Source: Deferribacterales bacterium
GTDB lineage: Bacteria; Chrysiogenota; Deferribacteres; Deferribacterales; Geovibrionaceae
Assembly: GCA_050251875.1 (NCBI GenBank)
Contig: JBFWMA010000011.1
Span: 1-64,000 of the forward strand
Direction of reading: 5' to 3'
Length of the DNA stretch: 64,000 nt
The notes under the pieces are model-generated. The model had not been told where the DNA came from, did not search any database, and worked only from the letters and a program-made list of their open reading frames with translations. Position numbers and translations under genes: made by a program. Below, piece after piece: positions 28,356-38,882 of the stretch; position 1 is the stretch's first letter; each line of letters starts with the position of its first letter.

Positions 28356-29798
28356 ATGAAAAAAGCTAAATCCATAATGTTTCAGGGAACCGGAAGCGGA
28401 GTGGGAAAATCCGTCATCTGCGCCGGATTCTGCCGTCTGCTCGCCCGCAGAGGCGTCCGGGTAGCCCCCTTCAAATCCCAGAACATGGCGCTGAACAGCG
28501 GAGTAGCCGCAGGCGGAGAGATGGGCAGAGCCCAGATACTTCAGGCGGAGGCTGCGGGCATAGAGCCTGACGTCCGCATGAACCCCATCCTGCTGAAACC
28601 GCAGGGAAACGCCGTGAGCCAGCTCATCAGAATGGGAAAACCAGTGGGCACATACAGCGCCAGAGAATATTACACCCTGCACGAAACAAATCTGGAAACA
28701 GCCATAGAGGCATATGAAAGCCTGGCGAAAGAATATGACGTGATAGTCATAGAGGGCGCCGGAAGCCCGGCGGAGATCAACCTCCAGAGAACAGACATAG
28801 TAAACATGCGCACGGCGGATTTCGCCGAAGCGCCCGTATATATCATAGGCGACATAGACAGAGGCGGCGTGTTCGCCTGGATGAAAGGCACATACGACCT
28901 TCTGCCCAGAGGCAGCAGACACAGGGTGAAGGGATTTATAATAAACAGGTTCAGGGGCGACATCAGCCTGCTGGAACCCGGTATCGATATGTTCGAAGAG
29001 ATGGTGAAGGTGAAGATAGCCGGCACAGTACCCATGCTGAACCTGACTCTGGAAGAGGAAGACAGCCAGAACATAAAAAACAGCGCAAAGGGAGGATTTG
29101 TCACCGTGGCGGTGGTGAAACTCGCCAGAATGTCGAACTTCTCCGATTTCGCTCCTCTGGCGGCGTCTCCGGATATCAACCTCATATACGCCAAATCTCC
29201 AAACGAGCTGACCGGAGCGGATATCATAATCATCCCCGGCAGTAAAAGCACCGTATCCGACATGATCGACCTGCGCATGCGTGGTTTTGACAAAAAGATA
29301 AAGCAGATGTCAGGCGCTACGCCCATCATAGGCATATGCGGCGGTTTTCAGATGCTGGGCAAAACTATAAATGACCCGGAAGGCATCGAGGGAGAAGTGA
29401 AGGAGACCGAAGGTCTGGGGCTCCTTAACATGTCCACCGTGATAACCCCCGAAAAGACACTGCTGAACAGAGAATACACAGGTCAATCGATCCTGAAGGA
29501 TATAAAATTCAGAGGATACGAGATTCACATGGGCATATCTGAGACATCATCCGCATATGAACAGCTCGTATCTGAAAAAGACATCTGCATAGCCGACACG
29601 AAAAATAAAGTTGTTGGAACATACATCCACGGGCTATTCGATTCCGAAAACGTGATGTCCGCCCTGACGGCTCTCAGCGGGAAGAATATCAGCCCCGACT
29701 ACAGCTATTACAACAATAAAATGAGCCAGCTCGATCTGCTGGCGGATACATTGGAACAGTGCCTTGACATTGAACATATCTTATCTGATCTACATTGA
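28356..29798 (+). CDS. cobQ: Cobyric acid synthase (CobQ/CbiP)
   Basis: QGTGSGVGKS, PFKSQNMALNS, EGAGSPAEINL, GICGGFQMLG, GYEIHMG. Confidence 0.96.
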   Translation: MKKAKSIMFQGTGSGVGKSVICAGFCRLLARRGVRVAPFKSQNMALNSGVAAGGEMGRAQILQAEAAGIEPDVRMNPILLKPQGNAVSQLIRMGKPVGTYSAREYYTLHETNLETAIEAYESLAKEYDVIVIEGAGSPAEINLQRTDIVNMRTADFAEAPVYIIGDIDRGGVFAWMKGTYDLLPRGSRHRVKGFIINRFRGDISLLEPGIDMFEEMVKVKIAGTVPMLNLTLEEEDSQNIKNSAKGGFVTVAVVKLARMSNFSDFAPLAASPDINLIYAKSPNELTGADIIIIPGSKSTVSDMIDLRMRGFDKKIKQMSGATPIIGICGGFQMLGKTINDPEGIEGEVKETEGLGLLNMSTVITPEKTLLNREYTGQSILKDIKFRGYEIHMGISETSSAYEQLVSEKDICIADTKNKVVGTYIHGLFDSENVMSALTALSGKNISPDYSYYNNKMSQLDLLADTLEQCLDIEHILSDLH

Positions 29799-30729
29799 TT
29801 TTATGGCGGTGGTGTCCGCTTTCTGGCTGAACTGGTATCTGGGCGAACCGGACATACCATTTCATCCGGTGCGCATAGCGGGCAGTATGATCAGCTACTG
29901 CGAAAAATCACTCAGAAGAAAAGGAACGATAGCCGAAGGGGTCATATCAGCCCTAATCAGCCTGGTCTTCACCATGTCCGTTGCGGGCGTGTCGCTGTAT
30001 TATGCCGCAAAGGCGGGCGCTTTCTGGTATTTCACCGTTAGCACCATCATCATATATTTCTCCGTCAGTGTCCGGTCGCTGGCTGAGCACGCTGAAAATG
30101 TCGGCTCGGCTCTGAAAATCTCGCCTGAGAAAGGACGGGCGGAACTGTCCAAAATAGTTTCCAGAGACACAGCGGACATGCCGGAGGAAAAAATTGTAAC
30201 CTCTGCCATAGAATCCGTATCCGAAAACTATGTGGACGCGGTGGTCTCCCCCCTCTTCTATGCCTGTCTGTTCGGACCACTGGGAGCGGTCTTCTTCAAG
30301 ACCGTATCCACCATGGACTCCATGATCGGATATAAGAATGAAAAATTTCTGTATTACGGCAGATTCGCCGCCCGTCTGGATGATGTGCTCAATTTCATCC
30401 CCGCCAGACTGTCCATAATACCGATATACATCGCATCCATGATTCTGAAGATGAACAGCGCAAAAACCGTGTCATCATACAGAAAATACCGTAAAGCCCA
30501 TGCCAGCCCTAATTCGGCGCACGCCATGAGCGCATTTGCCGGAGCGCTCGGCATCCGTCTGGGCGGAGCGGTGAGCTATTTCGGCACTATGACCGAAAAG
30601 CCGTACATAGGTGACGAAGGCAAAACGCCTGAAAAAGAGGACATCAGAAAAGCCGTGAGACTGATGGAGATGTCATCCGTGGCGTGGGTGATAATCTGCT
30701 GCGCATGCACCTGGTGGAAGCTGATATGA
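29764..30729 (+). CDS. cbiB: Adenosylcobinamide-phosphate synthase (start may be ATG 29803)
   Basis: GEP..HPV, IVSRDT, ESVSEN..D, TMDSMIGYKN, HASPNS. Confidence 0.93.
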   Translation: MTLNISYLIYIDFMAVVSAFWLNWYLGEPDIPFHPVRIAGSMISYCEKSLRRKGTIAEGVISALISLVFTMSVAGVSLYYAAKAGAFWYFTVSTIIIYFSVSVRSLAEHAENVGSALKISPEKGRAELSKIVSRDTADMPEEKIVTSAIESVSENYVDAVVSPLFYACLFGPLGAVFFKTVSTMDSMIGYKNEKFLYYGRFAARLDDVLNFIPARLSIIPIYIASMILKMNSAKTVSSYRKYRKAHASPNSAHAMSAFAGALGIRLGGAVSYFGTMTEKPYIGDEGKTPEKEDIRKAVRLMEMSSVAWVIICCACTWWKLI

Positions 30730-31169
30730 GATATCCTCTGATATTCGACCTGAAAAACAGAAAAGTTGTTTTCATCGGCGGCGGAAAGGTCGCCCTGCGC
30801 AAGGCACAGGCGATGAAAAAGGCTCTGGCGGACATCGCCGTTGTCGCTCCTGACGTTCTTCCGGAGTTTTACGACATCACATCCGATATCCGGCTGAAAA
30901 GATATGAAGAGAACGACATCACACCGGAAACCTGTCTGGTTTTCGCCTGTACCGACTCGAAAGAGACCAACAGACAGGCGGCGGACAGAGCAAAAAAGCT
31001 GAAAATTCCGGTAAATATAGCGGACGACCCGGAATATTCCGATTTTCACACCCCTTCGGTCATCACACACGGGGATTTCACCATATCCGTCTCCACAGAC
31101 GGCAAAAGCCCGTCCGCCTCTAAACAGCTCAGAACAGCTCTTGAGGATTTCTTGAAATCAGAAAAATGA
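30726..31169 (+). CDS. Precorrin-2 dehydrogenase (SirC/CysG N-terminal type)
   Basis: YPLIFDL, IGGGKVALRK, VNIADDP..SDF, STDGKSP. Confidence 0.88.
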   Translation: MRYPLIFDLKNRKVVFIGGGKVALRKAQAMKKALADIAVVAPDVLPEFYDITSDIRLKRYEENDITPETCLVFACTDSKETNRQAADRAKKLKIPVNIADDPEYSDFHTPSVITHGDFTISVSTDGKSPSASKQLRTALEDFLKSEK

Positions 31170-31241
31170 ACTTTTTGTGTTTTTTGATTATCTTTATTCA
31201 AAAATATTTGTGATACACAGTATCTGGTGGTAAAATGCCCT

Positions 31242-31781
31242 ATGAAAATACTGTATTTTCCCGGAATAAGATCAATTATTGACAAAGACTACGATCTGGC
31301 GATGAGCTGTAAACTCGTGCATCTTAAGGAAATCAGCGAGTGCGATGTGTATGATTACCATACTTACGAGCTGAACCGGGCTCTGAAAGAGACAGAGAAG
31401 TACGATGCTCTCTTCGGTTCGTCATTCGGCGGTTTTTTCGCTTTCAATCTGGCTCTGCGCACAGGTAAAAAGTGTATCTGCGTCAATCCTTCTCTCTATC
31501 TGGACAAACGTGTTTCCACACTGATAGCGGAGAACCCCGACAGACTCTCTTTTCTCAAAACGCTTCATCTCTCCGAGCTGATAGCGCAGCCTTCGAAACC
31601 GGAAGTCAGCAATATTCATGTGCTGATGAACATGGACGATGATGTGCTGAATGCAGAAAAAATACTCTCCATCGCCAGGATTCACCACACAAACACCTAC
31701 GCTTTTGAAAAAGGCGGACACGACAGCACAAACTTCATCGGCGAAATGCTCCCCCTTATCAAACTCATTCTGGCGGATTAA
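31242..31781 (+). CDS. YqiA/YcfP-like alpha/beta hydrolase
   Basis: GSSFGG nucleophile elbow, VNPS, DDVL, GGH. Confidence 0.8.
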   Translation: MKILYFPGIRSIIDKDYDLAMSCKLVHLKEISECDVYDYHTYELNRALKETEKYDALFGSSFGGFFAFNLALRTGKKCICVNPSLYLDKRVSTLIAENPDRLSFLKTLHLSELIAQPSKPEVSNIHVLMNMDDDVLNAEKILSIARIHHTNTYAFEKGGHDSTNFIGEMLPLIKLILAD

Positions 31782-31822
31782 ATCCCTTTCACTTTTTTAA
31801 ATATCTGTTATCATAGCACTCT

Positions 31823-32728
31823 ATGGATAGTTTAGTTCTTCTCGTTTTCTGTTTTCTATTCGGTATGGTCGCCAGAAAGCTGGAGCTTCTCCCTTCGTCC
31901 GCTCCTTTGGTGCTTAACAATTTCATCATCAATCTTTCCATGCCGGCGGTCACATTTTACTATATCCATAAGATGGTTCTGGACACATCTCTACTGTTTC
32001 CGGTGTTCATGCCGTGGATAGTGTTCATACTTTCGTTCATCATATTTAAACTATTGCAGAAGAAACTGAAATTCGACAACAAGACTATGGGGTGCCTGAT
32101 ACTGACATCCGGTCTGGGCAACACGTCTTTTGTCGGCTTTCCTATGATAACCGCCTTTTTCGGAGCGGAATATCTGGGTATAGGCGTCATGGTAGACCAG
32201 CCCGGATCGTTTCTGATCCTGTCCACTCTGGGGATAGCCACGGCGGCATATTTTTCATCCGGCTCTGTGAACCCTCTTCTTCTGATGAGAAAGGTAGTCA
32301 CCTTCCCGCCTTTTCAGGCGATGATACTGGCTCTGTGCCTGCGTTTTCTCGCCATTCCCGACTGGGCTCAGTCCGCCATGAAGACTCTGGGCTCCACCAT
32401 CACCCCTCTGGCGATGGTTTCCGTGGGATATCAGCTCCGTTTCATAAAATCCGGCGGAATATTAAAAAAACTTTTTCTTGGTCTCGGCTATAAACTTTTA
32501 CTCGCTCCGGCAGTCATATATCTGCTATATGTTATGATCCTCGGCGGTTCGGGCAAGGTAATCCAGGTCACCATGTTCGAGGCGTCCATGGCGCCCATGA
32601 TCACGGCGGGCATAATCTCCATCCAGTATGGTCTGGATGAGGAGCTGGCGACCATGATGCTGGGCGTGGGAATTCCGCTGTCTTTTATTACGGCGCCCAT
32701 ATGGTATTATTTATTCTCAGGGGTTTAG
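31823..32728 (+). CDS. AEC (auxin efflux carrier) family transporter
   Basis: GNTSFVGFP, TPLAMVSVG, EASMAPMIT. Confidence 0.88.
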   Translation: MDSLVLLVFCFLFGMVARKLELLPSSAPLVLNNFIINLSMPAVTFYYIHKMVLDTSLLFPVFMPWIVFILSFIIFKLLQKKLKFDNKTMGCLILTSGLGNTSFVGFPMITAFFGAEYLGIGVMVDQPGSFLILSTLGIATAAYFSSGSVNPLLLMRKVVTFPPFQAMILALCLRFLAIPDWAQSAMKTLGSTITPLAMVSVGYQLRFIKSGGILKKLFLGLGYKLLLAPAVIYLLYVMILGGSGKVIQVTMFEASMAPMITAGIISIQYGLDEELATMMLGVGIPLSFITAPIWYYLFSGV

Positions 32729-32729
32729 G

Positions 32730-33413
32730 ATGATAGAACTCTATAAAGTAGAGGTGGTCTACGATGACGGCTATAAGGGGCTGACAGAGATAGACCTGCA
32801 CATAGAAAGAGGCGAGCTGGTTTATGTAACGGGAAACAGCGGCGCCGGAAAATCCACTCTGCTCCGTCTGCTCTACGCCGACCTGATGCCATCCAGAGGC
32901 ATTGTGAAGGTGGAGGGACAGAATCTGGGCAATATGAATCACAAATCAGTAGCCTTCATGCGCAGAAACGTGGGAGTCATCTTTCAGGATTATAAACTGC
33001 TGGAAGACGCCACGGTTTTCGACAATCTCGCTCTGCCGCTGGAGATATACTATATGAAGAAGAGCGTCATCAGGGACAAGGTATATAACCTGCTGAAGAT
33101 GCTCGATATATTCCAGCACAGAGACAGCGTGGTGCAAAAGCTGTCCGGCGGAGAAAAACAGAGGGTGGCTGTCGCCAGAGCCCTTCTGAACGAACCCTTC
33201 GTCATGGTGGCGGACGAGCCTACAGGTAGTCTGGACGCTAAAAACGCCGACAAAGTGATGGATATGCTCCTGCACAAATCCGCCAAAGGAACCACCATTC
33301 TCATCGCCACACACGACCAGCGCATTATAAAAGAATTTCCCGGCAGAGTGATTCAGCTCGACCGTGGAAGGCTGGTTTACGACAGCAAGGCAAAAGGAAA
33401 AGTAAATGTCTGA
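32730..33413 (+). CDS. ftsE: Cell division ATP-binding protein
   Basis: GNSGAGKST, RRNVGVIFQDYKLL, LSGGEKQRV; synteny. Confidence 0.9.
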   Translation: MIELYKVEVVYDDGYKGLTEIDLHIERGELVYVTGNSGAGKSTLLRLLYADLMPSRGIVKVEGQNLGNMNHKSVAFMRRNVGVIFQDYKLLEDATVFDNLALPLEIYYMKKSVIRDKVYNLLKMLDIFQHRDSVVQKLSGGEKQRVAVARALLNEPFVMVADEPTGSLDAKNADKVMDMLLHKSAKGTTILIATHDQRIIKEFPGRVIQLDRGRLVYDSKAKGKVNV

Positions 33414-34290
33414 TCAGTACATGTACATCCTTTCAAAAGGCATAAAAATATTTTTGGGCGGATTCAAACAGAATCTGGCTTCCATAATCACTCTCGCCAC
33501 GCTCATTTTCATGTATCTGGCGGTTTTTTCGGTCAACTTTTCTGTCGCAAAGGCAGTGGGAAACGCCACGGACAGCAGGACTCTCCGGGTGTTCATAGCG
33601 GAAGACGCCGAAGCGGAAAAAGTAAAAGACGCCGTGACAGAGCTGGGGATTAGCTCCAATATCAGATTTTTTGACAAAGCGGACGCCAAACAGAGGGTGA
33701 TAGACCTCGCTCCGGACTCAAAAAACCTGGAAGAACTGCCGGAAGACCTTTTTCCCAGATTTTTCGAGCTGACATCAGACACAGTAACCGACATAGCTCT
33801 GGCTGACGCCGCGGCGAAGATGGAACAGACAGACGGGGTAAAATCCGTGGAATCCGGCAAAAAACAGAATGAAAAAATGCAGAAGATAAAGAGGGTGTCA
33901 TACGTCTTCGTCACTCTGCTGACAATCCTCACAGGGATATCGAGCTGTTTTATCATCTTCAACACCATCCGCCTGTCGCTCTACCGCCACCACAGAGCCA
34001 TCATGCTCTATACGCTGGTGGGCGCCACAAGGTTTTTCATCACCCTGCCCTATGTGGCGGCATCTAAGATAGAGGCGACATTCGCCTTTGTTCTGGCGTA
34101 TCTGATGAACAAATTTTTTATATCGTTCGTAACGGCAAAACTGCTCGCCGGGTCATTCTTCACTCTGGTAACCCCCGGACCGTGGTTCAGCCTGTTCTTA
34201 TACATTGTTCTCATGTTCATCACGGCCTTTTCGGCTATTTTCAGTGTCGTAACATTTCTGATGGGGCAGAAGAGCGTCAATGAAGTTTAA
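33406..34290 (+). CDS. ftsX: Cell division permease
   Basis: IIFNTIRL, LVGATRFFI.LPY; synteny. Confidence 0.85.
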   Translation: MSDQYMYILSKGIKIFLGGFKQNLASIITLATLIFMYLAVFSVNFSVAKAVGNATDSRTLRVFIAEDAEAEKVKDAVTELGISSNIRFFDKADAKQRVIDLAPDSKNLEELPEDLFPRFFELTSDTVTDIALADAAAKMEQTDGVKSVESGKKQNEKMQKIKRVSYVFVTLLTILTGISSCFIIFNTIRLSLYRHHRAIMLYTLVGATRFFITLPYVAASKIEATFAFVLAYLMNKFFISFVTAKLLAGSFFTLVTPGPWFSLFLYIVLMFITAFSAIFSVVTFLMGQKSVNEV

Positions 34291-35440
34291 CCTGCTTTTG
34301 ATATCACTGCTTCTGTGCGTGTCCGCGTATTCTGAAGAGCTGTCCGACACGCTGTCCAGACAGGACAGCTATCTGAAGAACATCAAACAGCAGATTCAGG
34401 AACAGAACAGCCAGATAAAAGAGATAAAGAACGAAAAAGCGAAACTGGCGGCTCAGCTGGAAAAAGCCCAGATGGAGCTGGAATACCAGAAAAAGCTGTC
34501 GGCAAAGATAAACAAACAGTTCAGAAACGTCAAAGAGAACCAGAAAGAGCTCCAGAAAAAGAAAACACGACTGGAATCTGAAAGAACAGCGCTCATAAGC
34601 GCCATCAGAGCCGCCAACAGATATCTGGTATCCAACGGAGAATCAGAAATCACCGAGGCTGTGCTCCTGTCGAAAGACACATCTGAATCGGCGGCGGTAT
34701 CGCAGATTATCGCTCAGGTGAACGCCAACCTCTACGAATCAGCTAAAAGGCTGAAAACCAACGCCGAAAATATAAAGAGAAACACTGACGAGCTGGAAAG
34801 AAAGAAAGCGGAACTCTCCACAGCGGCGAAAGAGAAGGAAAAGGCGCTGAAAGAATATCAGGCGAAAAAGACCATCTCCAACAACCTCTATAAAGCCGTG
34901 GCGGACGATGAAAAGGCGAAGAAAGCATATCTGGACTCCCTGCGCAAAAAAGAGCGGGACGTTCAGGCGAAGATAGCCAAAATAAAAAAAGAGTTCGAAA
35001 AGAACTCCGGAGTCTCCTTCAGAGGGCTTTCCACAGAGTTCGGCAAAAAAAGAGGGAAACTTATCTGGCCTGTTCAGGGTCATGTTATAGAGAAGTTCGG
35101 TGTAAAGAAGATAGACGGATTTCAGGGAGTGGTTCTGAAAAAAGGGATAAAGATTGTGCCGACACAGACCACGGTGAAATGTATATATGACGGGGTGGTG
35201 ATGCACTCGGACAACGCGTGGGGTCTGGGCAACTTCATCATCGTGGCGCATCCGTCCGGTTTTTACTCTCTCTATGCCAATATGGATAATATTACCGTGA
35301 AAAAAGGCGATAAAATTAAAACAGGCGGCAATATAGGGACAATTGATATTGACCGTGACACAAATACACCTTATCTTTACTTTGAAATCAGAATAAGAGA
35401 TAAAGCGGTTGACCCACTTCAGTGGCTTTCCGCTTCTTAA
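34280..35440 (+). CDS. envC: Murein hydrolase activator (coiled coil plus degenerate M23 domain)
   Basis: Signal peptide, coiled coil, GKLIWPVQG, SLYAN, LYFEIR. Confidence 0.88.
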   Translation: MKFNLLLISLLLCVSAYSEELSDTLSRQDSYLKNIKQQIQEQNSQIKEIKNEKAKLAAQLEKAQMELEYQKKLSAKINKQFRNVKENQKELQKKKTRLESERTALISAIRAANRYLVSNGESEITEAVLLSKDTSESAAVSQIIAQVNANLYESAKRLKTNAENIKRNTDELERKKAELSTAAKEKEKALKEYQAKKTISNNLYKAVADDEKAKKAYLDSLRKKERDVQAKIAKIKKEFEKNSGVSFRGLSTEFGKKRGKLIWPVQGHVIEKFGVKKIDGFQGVVLKKGIKIVPTQTTVKCIYDGVVMHSDNAWGLGNFIIVAHPSGFYSLYANMDNITVKKGDKIKTGGNIGTIDIDRDTNTPYLYFEIRIRDKAVDPLQWLSAS

Positions 35441-35455
35441 TACAGGGAGATTCAG

Positions 35456-36712
35456 ATGAATTCTAGATTCAAAATTTTGCCTTTATTAACCGTATTTTTA
35501 GTGATAGCGCTGATACTCACTTCCATAGCGCTGGTAAGAACCCAGAACGTATACGCCGCCAAAAGCGACAGATATCAGAATCTGGATCTCTTCACCAATG
35601 CTATGTATCTGATAGAAAATAACTATGTCGAGCCTGTGGATGACAAAAAACTCATCTACGGAGCTATCAAAGGCATGGCGGAGGAACTGGATCCCCACTC
35701 TGTCTTCATGGATCCCAAGACGCTGAGAGAATTCGAGGTGGAAACACAGGGCGAGTTCGGCGGACTGGGCATCACCATCGGAATGAAAGATAAAATGCTC
35801 ACAGTCATCGCACCTCTGGAAGACACCCCCGCATACAGAAAAGGTATCAAGGCGGGCGACCAGATCATAAAGATCGAGGGCGTTTCCACAGCAAACATAT
35901 CAATAGATGACGCTGTGAACAAGCTGAGAGGACCGGAAGGCACAGACGTAACTATCACCATCCTGCGTAAAAGCGTGGAAAAACCTTTCGATGTGAAGAT
36001 AAAGAGAGCCATCATCGTTATAAAAGCGATCAAATCAGCGATGATAGAGAAAAATATCGGATACGTCAGAATGATTCAGTTCACCAACGACATATCCGGA
36101 CAGCTTCTGGACGCTATGAAGGTTCTGGACAAACAGGGAGCGAAAAGCTACATACTCGATCTGAGAAACAACCCCGGAGGTCTTCTGACCGAGGCGATCG
36201 CTGTTTCCAGCATATTTCTGCCCTCTGACAAAAACGTGGTATACACCATGGACAGAAACCAGAAACGACACGACTATAACTCAACCACATTCACACATAA
36301 AGAGCTGAAAAAGCCTCTGGTGCTTCTGGTGAACGAAGGCAGCGCATCTGCTTCCGAAATCTTCACCGGCGCCATGCAAGACTACGGCAGAGCCACCATC
36401 ATGGGCACAAAAACATTCGGAAAGGCATCTGTTCAGAACATTATGCACCTGAATGACGGTTCCGGTCTTAAGCTGACTATCGCAAAATATTTCACTCCCA
36501 AAGGCAGAGGAATACACGGCATAGGCATCGAGCCTGACGTTGTTGTGCCGCTGCCCGAAGTGAAAGAGGAAGAAAAAGCGAAAGAAGAGATCGATCAGAA
36601 TCTCACAGCTAACTCCGCTGTGGCTGAATATGACCTGACAAAAGACGTTCAGCTGAAAGCGGCTGTGGACAAAATTAAGGAATTACCCGCAAATGACACC
36701 GTTAAAAAGTAA
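35456..36712 (+). CDS. ctpA: S41 carboxy-terminal processing protease
   Basis: PDZ GEFGGLGI, DLRNNPGG, SASASEI, TFGKASVQ. Confidence 0.93.
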   Translation: MNSRFKILPLLTVFLVIALILTSIALVRTQNVYAAKSDRYQNLDLFTNAMYLIENNYVEPVDDKKLIYGAIKGMAEELDPHSVFMDPKTLREFEVETQGEFGGLGITIGMKDKMLTVIAPLEDTPAYRKGIKAGDQIIKIEGVSTANISIDDAVNKLRGPEGTDVTITILRKSVEKPFDVKIKRAIIVIKAIKSAMIEKNIGYVRMIQFTNDISGQLLDAMKVLDKQGAKSYILDLRNNPGGLLTEAIAVSSIFLPSDKNVVYTMDRNQKRHDYNSTTFTHKELKKPLVLLVNEGSASASEIFTGAMQDYGRATIMGTKTFGKASVQNIMHLNDGSGLKLTIAKYFTPKGRGIHGIGIEPDVVVPLPEVKEEEKAKEEIDQNLTANSAVAEYDLTKDVQLKAAVDKIKELPANDTVKK

Positions 36713-37895
36713 CTTTTTTAATAAATTAAACGCTTCCGAAAAGAAAAAACTGATAATAACCGTCTCTCTGGCGGTTATCATGGCTGTGATAGCCTCTATG
36801 GTTATCATGTCTTTTCTCAGAAAAGATACCGGCTCGGCTGAAGTACGCCCTGACAGCCCTGTGAAACAAACCGTCACAGAGCATAATCAGGTGGTGAAAA
36901 CAGCGGACAAGAAAGATGTTATGAACGCCATCGCTCTGTCTCTGTTCGACCACGGGCTGGACAACAGCAGCATCAAAGAGAATAAGGAACAGGAGAATAA
37001 CGGCAGAACAGAGATCCACATGGTTCTGGATCATAAAGACGCCGATGTCTCCAGTCTGAAATCATCCATCACCGACAAACTGGAAGAACTCGGGGTAAAA
37101 ACCTTCGAGGGAGAGAATATAGTCGCTGAAAACGACAGCCTGAGCCTCGTTATCGAGTTCAAGGAAGAAGCACGCCCCGTTGTAAAGGATAAACCGAAGA
37201 TGCCCGCCGTATCAGGCGACTTTAAAGGCGTGAAAGCGGCGTTCGTAATAGACGACTGCGGATACAGCATACCTCTGGCGGAAAAACTCTCCGCCGTGAA
37301 ATATCCGCTGGCTATGGCGATAATCCCCTATACTCCTTACAGCAAAGAGACAGCGGAGATAGTGCGCAAACACAGCAAGGCGGTTTTTCTCCACCAGCCT
37401 ATGCAGCCCAAGGCATATCCCAGTGTTGACCCAGGCAAGGGAGCCGTTCTTCTGAACATGCCCGAAAGCCTCGTCAGCCTCTGGCTGAACAACAACGTGG
37501 AGGATCTGGGCGGAAACATAGACGGATTCAACAACCACATGGGCTCAGCGCTCACCGAGAGCAAGGTGAAGATGGATCAGGTCTTCGCCGTGATGAAAAA
37601 ACACACCGATTTCTTTGTGGACAGCTACACATCTCCCGCTTCTGTCGCCTTTGACGAATGCAGAAGCAACGGCATGCTGTGCGCTCAGAACCGCAAATTT
37701 ATAGACAATGAAGCAGACCCGGCATACATCCGCTCCAAAATACTGGAGGGGCTGAAAGTGGGCAAAGAGAAAGGTCAGATAATCATGATAGGTCACCTTA
37801 GAGACGCCACGGTGGACGTTCTGGTGGATTTTCTGCCCCAGATAGCCGAGATGGGCGTGGAGATCGTACCTGTTAAGGAGCTGGCGGTAAGGTGA
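36693..37895 (+). CDS. Divergent polysaccharide deacetylase family protein (YibQ-like)
   Basis: VIDDCG, HQPMQP, NNHMGS, FVDS.T, IGH. Confidence 0.88.
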   Translation: MTPLKSNFFNKLNASEKKKLIITVSLAVIMAVIASMVIMSFLRKDTGSAEVRPDSPVKQTVTEHNQVVKTADKKDVMNAIALSLFDHGLDNSSIKENKEQENNGRTEIHMVLDHKDADVSSLKSSITDKLEELGVKTFEGENIVAENDSLSLVIEFKEEARPVVKDKPKMPAVSGDFKGVKAAFVIDDCGYSIPLAEKLSAVKYPLAMAIIPYTPYSKETAEIVRKHSKAVFLHQPMQPKAYPSVDPGKGAVLLNMPESLVSLWLNNNVEDLGGNIDGFNNHMGSALTESKVKMDQVFAVMKKHTDFFVDSYTSPASVAFDECRSNGMLCAQNRKFIDNEADPAYIRSKILEGLKVGKEKGQIIMIGHLRDATVDVLVDFLPQIAEMGVEIVPVKELAVR

Positions 37896-38872
37896 TCATT
37901 TTAGGTGTGGAAACCTCCTGCGATGAAACTTCTCTGGCTCTCTACGACACAGAAAAAGGCATTCTCGCTTCCAAGACAAACTCACAGATAGACCTGCATA
38001 ACAAATTCGGCGGAGTGGTTCCGGAGGTCGCCTCCAGAAACCATATCCTCAAGATAGAAGAGCTGTTCAAACAGTGCATGGAGAGCGCCGCTCTCACGGT
38101 GAAAGATATCGACATGATAGGCGTAACCACTGCCCCCGGGCTGATAGGTGCGCTGTTCGTTGGGGTGTCATTCGCCAAGGCTCTGGGTTACGCTCTTAAA
38201 ATCCCTGTGGTGCCTATAAACCACCTCAGCGCCCACATACTGGCGGCGGAGATAGAACATAAGGAGCTTCAGGCGCCCTACATCGCTCTCATCATCTCCG
38301 GCGGTCACACACATGTCTATGACGTGGACAGCGCCTATAATTTCGAGCTTCTGGCAAAAACTCTGGATGACGCCGCGGGCGAATCATTCGACAAAGTGGC
38401 TAAGATGATGGAGCTGGGATATCCCGGCGGTCCTCTCATAGAAAAACTGGCGAAAGACGGAGACGAAACCTCTGTCGAACTGCCCATAGCCATCAAAAAA
38501 CAGCAGGATTTCTCTTTCAGCGGGCTGAAAACCGCCGTGCTGAACAAGATACAGGACAAAAAAGACAGCCATGCCGACATAGCCGCCTCATTTCAGAAGA
38601 CAGTGGCGGACACTCTGGTGCTGAAAACGCTCAGAGCGGCAAAAGCGGCTGGCAGAAAAGAGATAGTGATAGCGGGCGGTGTCGCCTGCAACGGATACAT
38701 CAGAAAAGCCTTCGCAGAGCAGAAAGGCTACAAGGTATATTTTCCGTCACCGAAACTCTGCACGGACAACGGCGATATGATAGCCTATGCCGCCTCAAAA
38801 TTCTTTAAACTGAGAAGATTTACATCATTGACAGAAACCGCACATGACAGAATGCAGCACATCAACAAATAA
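37892..38872 (+). CDS. tsaD: tRNA t6A threonylcarbamoyltransferase
   Basis: LGVETSCDET, GGVVPEVASRNH, HLSAH, DDAAGESFDK, CTDNG. Confidence 0.96.
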   Translation: MIILGVETSCDETSLALYDTEKGILASKTNSQIDLHNKFGGVVPEVASRNHILKIEELFKQCMESAALTVKDIDMIGVTTAPGLIGALFVGVSFAKALGYALKIPVVPINHLSAHILAAEIEHKELQAPYIALIISGGHTHVYDVDSAYNFELLAKTLDDAAGESFDKVAKMMELGYPGGPLIEKLAKDGDETSVELPIAIKKQQDFSFSGLKTAVLNKIQDKKDSHADIAASFQKTVADTLVLKTLRAAKAAGRKEIVIAGGVACNGYIRKAFAEQKGYKVYFPSPKLCTDNGDMIAYAASKFFKLRRFTSLTETAHDRMQHINK

Positions 38873-38882
38873 TTTTCTGAAT

